From: the human T2T-CHM13v2.0 reference genome, Homo sapiens
DNA length: 64,000 nt
Direction: 5' to 3' (one strand)
Assembly: GCF_009914755.1 (NCBI RefSeq)
Contig: NC_060947.1
This document shows positions 57,450-64,000 of the stretch, piece by piece; the stretch's first letter is position 1, and each line of letters begins with the position of its first letter. A program made the translations under genes and the position numbers. The notes beneath the pieces are model-generated. The model searched no databases. It saw only the letters and a list, made by a program, of their open reading frames with translations, and had not been told where the DNA came from.

Positions 57450-60400
57450 GTGAGAGGTGGAGCAAGATGGCAGAATAGAAGGCTTCATCGATTCTCTCCA
57501 CCTCACCCAAACAAGAACATCAATTTAACAACTATCTACACAGAAAAACAAAACAAAACAAAACAAACCTTTATGAGAACCAAAAATCCAGTGAGCCCTT
57601 ATAGTACCTGATTTTATCTTTATATCACTGAAAAAGACACTGAAGAAACTCAAAAAACAGTCTTGAATCACCAGTGGCACCCCTCCCCTCACCCCCCACC
57701 CTACTGGCAACAACAGCCTGCTCTAGAGAGCATCTGTGGGTGATGGGGGAGGAAGAACACAGCAATTGTGAGGCACTGAACTCAGTACTATCCTGTTAGA
57801 GCAGAAAGGAAAACCCGACCAGACTCAGCTGACATCTACCCAAGCAGGGAGCATTTAAACCAGCCTTAGCAAGAGGGGAATTGCTCATCCCAGCAGTCAG
57901 AACTTGAGTTCCCACAAACCTCACCACCATGGGCTAAAGTGCTCTGTGCTCTAAATAAACTTTAAAGGCAGTCTAGGGCATAAGGACTGCAACTCTTAGG
58001 CAAATCCTAGTGCTAAACTGGTCCCAGAAACAGTGGCTTGGCAGAGAGTAGGGAGGAAACACATGGCCTACTGAGACAGAAGCTAAGGCAGCTAAGGGAG
58101 TGATGACATCATTCCTCACCTAACCCTAAGCTGCAAAGCTCAGAACTCCAAAAATGCCCACTTCTTTCCACTTGAGGAGAGGAGAGGAAAGAATGGGCAG
58201 GATTTTTTTTGCATCTTGGATACCAGCTCAGTCACAGTAGGATAGTGCACTGGTCAGAGTTGTGAGGCTCCCGTTATAAGCCCTAGCTCCCAGATGACAT
58301 TTCTAGACACAAGCTGAGAAAACAGGGCATCTGCTGCCTTGAAGGGGAGGAAGACACAGTCCTGAAACCATTCATCCCCTGCTAACTGAAGAGCCCTTGG
58401 GCCCTGAAAAACTGGCAGAGATACCCAGGCACTAAGTCAAGGACCATGGATGAGCCTCTGAGACTTGCTGGCTTCAGGTGAGACCCAGCATATTACCAGC
58501 TATGGTGGCTATAGTGTGAAACGCCTTCTGCTTAAGAAAAGCAGAGGAAAAAGTAAAGGAAACTTTGTTTTGTACCTTAAGTACCAGCATAGCAACAGGT
58601 GGGTAGAGCACCAATAGGGCTATTAAGATCCCCAATTTCAGGACTTGACTCTTGGATGGCTTCTCTTGACTCTTGGATGGCCAGAAAGGAGGCAACTGCC
58701 CTGAAGGGTAAGTCCCAGGCCAGGCAGCTTTCACAATAAGCTAAGATACTATAACACTGTAACTGCAGTGTGTAAACTGCTCTTATCCTAAGCAGAAAGA
58801 ATAAATAATAAACAAATCAAAAATAATTACTATAACAACTTTTCAAAACATACACACTACAATAAGATGTAAACAGAAAAAACAAAAAGTTAAAAGGAGG
58901 GGAACAAAGTCAGGGCATAGAGTTTTTATTACTTTATTTTTGCTGTTTCTTTGTTTATGCACACACTGCTATGTTGTTATAAGGTTAAACTAATGAGTTA
59001 TAAGACAGTATTTGCAAGCCTCATAGTAACCTCAAACCAAAAAACATGCAATAGATGAACAAAAAATAAAAAGCAAGAAATAAAAGCATATCACCAGAGA
59101 TCACCTTCACTAGAGGAAGACAGGAAGGAAAGAAAGAAGGGAGAGAAGACCACAAAACAACCAGAAAACAAATAACAAAATGGCAGGTGTAAGTCCTTAC
59201 TTATCAATAATATTCAAGGTAAATGGATTAAACTCTCCAATCAAAAGACACACATTGCCTTAATGAATTAAAAAACAAGACCTATTGATTTGTTGCCTAT
59301 AAGAAACACACCTCACCTATAAAGACACACATAGATTGAAAATAAAGAAATGGAAAAAAATAGTCCATGCCCAATGAAAAGCAAAAAAGAGCAGGAGTCA
59401 CTATACTTCTTTCAGATACAATAGATTTCAAGATAAAAACTGTAAGAAGAGACAAGGAAAACCAGTATATAATGAAAAAAGGGTCAATTCAGTGAGAGGA
59501 TATAACAATTTTAAATATGTATGCATCCAACACAGGAGCAACCAAATATATAAAGTAAATATTATTAGAGCTAATGAGAGATAGGCTTCAATACAATAAT
59601 AGCTGGAGAATTCTACACCCCACTATCAGCACTGGACAGATGTTCCAGACAGAAAGCCAACAAAGAAATATTGGACTGAATCTGCACTATAGACCAAGTG
59701 AGTCTAATAGATATTTACAGAACATTTCATTCAAAAGTTGCAGAATGCGCATTATTTTTCTCAGCATATGGATCATTCTTAAGGACAAACCATATGCTAG
59801 GTCACAACACAAGTCTTAAAACATTCAAAAAATTGAAATAATATCAACCGTCTTCTCTCACCACAATAAAATAAAGCTAGAAATTAATAATGAGGAATTT
59901 TTACAACTATGTAAATATATGAAAATTAAACAATATGCTCCTGAATGACCAGTAGGTCAATGAAGAAATTAAGAAGAAAATTGAGAATTTTCTTGAAACA
60001 AATGATAATGAAAATAAAACACACCAAAATCTATGGGGTACAGTGAAAGCAGTACTGAGAGGGAAGTTTATAGCTATAAGTGATGAAAAACCTGAAATAA
60101 ACAACCTAATGATGCATCTTAAAGAACTAGAAAACCAAGAGCAAACCAAGCCCAAAATTAGTAGAAGAAAAGAAATAATAAAAATAAGAGTAAAAATAAA
60201 TGAATTTGAAATGAAAAAATACAAAAGATCAATGAAATTAAAAGGTGGTTTTTTTGTAAAGTTTAACAAAATTGACCATCCTTTTGCCAGACTGAGAAAA
60301 AAAATAGAGAAGATCTAAATAAGGAAAGTCATAAATAAAAAAGAACACATTATATTTGATACTTCAGAAATTCAAAGAATCTTTAGTGGCTACTATGAGC

Positions 60401-62091
60401 AACTATATGCCAATATACTGGAAAACTGAGAAGAAATGAGCAAATTCCTAGACACATATACTCTACCAAGATTGAACCAGGAAGAAATAACAAACCTGAA
60501 TGAGATCAAAGCCATAATAAAAAGTATCCCAGTAAAGAAAACCCAGGACTTGATGGCTTCACTGCTGAATTCTACGAAACATTTGAAGAAGAACTAACAC
60601 CAATTTTACTCAAACTATTTGGAAAAATAGAGGAGGAAATATTTCCAAACTCATTCTATGAGGCCAGTATTACCTTCCCTAATGTCAAAACAAGACAAAG
60701 ACACAACAAAAAATAAAACTACAGGCCAATATATCTGATGAATGTTGATGCAAAAATCCTCAACACAATACTGCCAAACTGATTTCAACAATATATTAAA
60801 AATATCGTTCATCATGACAAAGTGGAATTTATCCCTAGGATGCAAAGATTTTTCAACATATGCAAATAAATCAATATGATACAGCATATCAACAGAATGA
60901 AGGATAAAAATGAAATGGTAATTTCAATTGATGCTGAAAAAGCATTTGATGAAATTCAACATTCCTTAATGATAAAATTTAAAAAAAAAAACAAAAACAC
61001 CAAAGACTGGGTATAGAAGAAACATATCTCAACATAATAAAAGTTACATATCACAGATCTTCAGCAGCTTTCATACTAAATTGGGAAAAATTGAAAGCCT
61101 CAGACAAGAAAAATAAATAAAGGACATCCAAATTGGAAAGGAAGAAGTCAAATTATCCTTGTTTGCAGATGATATGATCTTATAAGTGGAAAAAACTAAA
61201 GACTGCATAAAAAATTATTAGAACTGATAAACAAATTCAGTAAAGTTGCAGAATTCAAAATCAACATACATAATTCAGTAGCATTTGTATGTGCCAATGG
61301 TGTGCAACATGAAAAAGAAATTTGAATATTCCCATTTACCATGGCCACATATAAAATTAAATACCTAGAAATTAACCAAAGAAGTGAAAGATCGCTATAA
61401 TGAAAACTATAAACCACTGATGAAAGAAACTGAAGAGGACACCAAAAATAGAAAAATATTCCATGTTCATGGGTTGGAAGAATCAATATGGTTAAAATGA
61501 CCATAATACCCAAAGCAATCTACAGATTCAACGCAATCACCATCAAAATACCAATGACATTCTTCACAGAAATAGACTAAAACAATCTTATATGAAATCA
61601 CAAAAGTCCCAGAAGAGACAAAGCTATCCTAAGCAAAAAGAACAAAACTGGAGGAATCACATTACCTGACTTCAAATTATACTACAGAACCATAGTTACC
61701 AAAACAGCATGGTACTAGCCTAAAAATAGACACATAGACCCAAGGAACAGAATAGAGAACCCAGAAAAAAAACTAACTACACACTTACACTGAACTCATT
61801 TTTGACAAAGGTGCCAAGAATATACAATGGGGAAAAGATAGTCTCTTCAATAAATGGTGCTGGGAAAACTGGATATCCATATGCAGAAGAATGAAACCAG
61901 ACCCCTATCTCTTGCCATATACAAAAATCAAATCAAAATGGATTAAAAATTTAAATTTAAGACCTCAGACTATGAAACTACTATGAGAAAACAGTGGGAA
62001 AACTCTCTAAGAGAGGGAAAATATTATTGAGCAATACCCCACAGGTACAGGCAACCAAAATAAAAATGGACAAATGGAATCACATCAAGTT
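57450..62091 (+). mobile_element. L1M1/L1MA-type LINE-1: 5'UTR, ORF1 missing, most of ORF2, 3'-truncated
   Basis: 5' start 'gagaggtggagcaagatggcagaatagaaggc' (YY1 site); jump to inter-ORF sequence at ~58745; ORF2 start 'atggcaggtgtaagtccttac' ~59180; RT motif LFADDM 'ttgtttgcagatgatatg' ~61159. Confidence 0.9.
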
Positions 62092-62305
62092 TGATGATTT
62101 TAATATCTGGAATATCTGTCCAATGCTGAAAATGGGGTGCTGAAGTTTTCAGTTATTATTGTGTTGTGGCGTATCTTTCTCTCTAGCTCTGATAATGTTT
62201 GCTTAATATATCTAGGTGTTCCAGTAATTGAAGCATATATATTTAAAATTGTTCTATCCTCTTGCTGAATTGACAACTTTTTTATTATATGGTGATATTC
62301 TTTAC
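62092..62305 (-). mobile_element. Antisense L1M ORF2 endonuclease-region fragment
   Basis: Diverged reverse-complement homology to ~59460-59650. Confidence 0.75.
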
Positions 62306-62329
62306 ATCCTTTTTAAGCAGAGATTGATT

Positions 62330-64000
62330 AGATTTATTTATTTTTATTTTTTGTGTTTTTTTTTATTTCAATAGGTTTTTGGGGAACAGGTGGTGTTTGG
62401 CTACATGAATAAGTTCTTTAGGGGTAATTACTGAAATTTTGGTGCACCCGTCATCCAAGCAGTGTACACTGTATCCAATGTGTAGTCTTTTATCCCTCGC
62501 CACCCACCACCCTTTCCCCCAAGTCCCCAAAGTTCAATGTATCATTCATATGGCTTTGCATCTCATAACTTAGCTCCCATATATGAGTGGGAACATAAAA
62601 TGTTTGGTTTTCCATTCCTGAGTTACTTCACTTAGAATAATAGTCTCCAATTCCATACAGGTTTCTGCACATAACATTATTTTGTTCCTGTTCATGCCAT
62701 TTTCATGGCTGAGTAGTATTCCATTATATATATATATGTATATATATATATGTATATATATATACATATATATATGAAAATTTGGTATATATATATTTAT
62801 CTACTCATTGATTGATAGGCATTTGGGCTGGTTCCATATTTTTCCAATTGCAAATTGTGCTGCTATAAACATGCATATGCAAGTATCTTTTTCATATAAT
62901 GGTCTCTTTTCCTCTGGGTAGATATCTAGCATTGGAATTGATGGAGCAAATGGTAGATCTGTTTTTAGTTCGTTAAGAAATCTCTACACTGTTTTCCATA
63001 GTGGTTGTACTAGTTTACATTGCCACCAACAACGTAAAAGTGTTCTCTTTTCACCACATCCATGCCACCATCTATAGATTTTTTTATTTTATTATGGCCA
63101 TTTTTGCTGGAGTGAGGTGCTATTGCATTGTGGTTTTGAATTGCATTTCCCTGATAATTAGTGATGTTGAGCATTTCTTCATATGCTTTTTGGCTATTTG
63201 TGCATCTTCTTTTGAGAATTTTCTATTCATGTCCTTAGCCCACTTTTTGATGTAATTGTTTGTTTTGTTCTGGCTGATTTGTTTGAGTTCTTTGTAGATT
63301 GTGGATATTAGTCCTTTGTCAGATGTATAGATTGTGAAAACTTCCTCCAACCCTGTGGGTTGTCTGTTAACTCTGCTGATTATTTATTTTGCTGCACAGA
63401 AGTATTTTTTTTAATTTTAATAAACTCCAATCTATTTATCTTTGTTTTTGTTGCATTTGCTTTTGGGTTCTTGGTCATGAAGTCTTTGCCTAAGCCAATG
63501 TCTAGAAGGGTTTTTCTGATACTACCTCCTAGAATTTTTATGGTTTCAGATCTTAGATTTAAGTCTTTGATCCATCTTGAGTTGAGTTTTGAATAGGGTG
63601 AGCGATGAGGATCCAATTTCATTCTTCTACATGTGGCTTGCCAATTAAATATTCCAGCGCCATTTGTTGAATAGGGTATCCTTTTCCTACCTTATGTTTT
63701 TCTTTGCTTTGTCAAAAATCAGTTAGCTGTAACTATTTGGCTTTGTTTCTGGGTTCTCTATTCTGTTCCACTGGTCTCTGTGCCTATTTTTATACCAGTG
63801 CCATGCTGTTTTGGTGACTATGCCCTTATAGTATAGTTTGAAGTCAGTTAATGTGATGCCTCCATATTTGTTCTTCTTGCTTAGTCTTGCTTTGGCTATG
63901 TGGGATCGTTTTTGGTTCCATATGAATTTTAGGATTGTTTTTTCTAATTCTGTGAAGAATGATGATGGCATTTTGATGGGAGTTGCATTGAATTTGTAGA
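62330..64000 (-). mobile_element. L1PB1-like 3' end, continuing beyond the window
   Basis: Poly-T, antisense 3'UTR closely similar to 17100-17400; ORF2 C-terminal fragments 63120-63971. Confidence 0.93.

Noticed and set aside
62092-62305. Inverted duplication of 59460-59650
   Set aside because: Too diverged by eye for a recent local duplication; more likely an independent L1M fragment

Overview
Primate (human-like), AT-rich, gene-poor genomic DNA dominated by interspersed repeats. I can support no intact protein-coding gene, RNA gene or CRISPR array; most ORFs in the track are decayed transposon frames or chance ORFs. Main contents: (1) a full-length L1PB1-like element (4868-12166, +, 18-bp TSD) with a younger L1PA 3' fragment nested in its endonuclease region; (2) a second L1PB1-like insertion with a twin-priming 5' inversion (17084-22450, perfect 15-bp TSD); (3) MaLR LTRs and an MST provirus with nested inserts; (4) a deleted LTR16/ERVL provirus; (5) a complete HERVL provirus with two MLT2A LTRs (40478-47360, -, TSD CATGG) inside a long L2; (6) a ~410-bp minisatellite built from 20-bp perfect palindromes (51354-51766); (7) a processed KAT7 (HBO1/MYST2) pseudogene (53312-55947, -) inserted in an L1MA, with three nonsense codons and a 33-nt 5' leader I cannot match to the KAT7 CDS; (8) further L1M/L1PB fragments. 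I found no convincing new biological system. The best leads are the KAT7 retrocopy leader (possible fossil of an alternative short MYST-only transcript), the palindromic minisatellite, several repair or retrotransposition scars, and a compact PBX-MEIS/NF-Y/YY1 motif cluster. Repeat subfamily names come from recalled consensus sequences and need RepeatMasker/Dfam confirmation.
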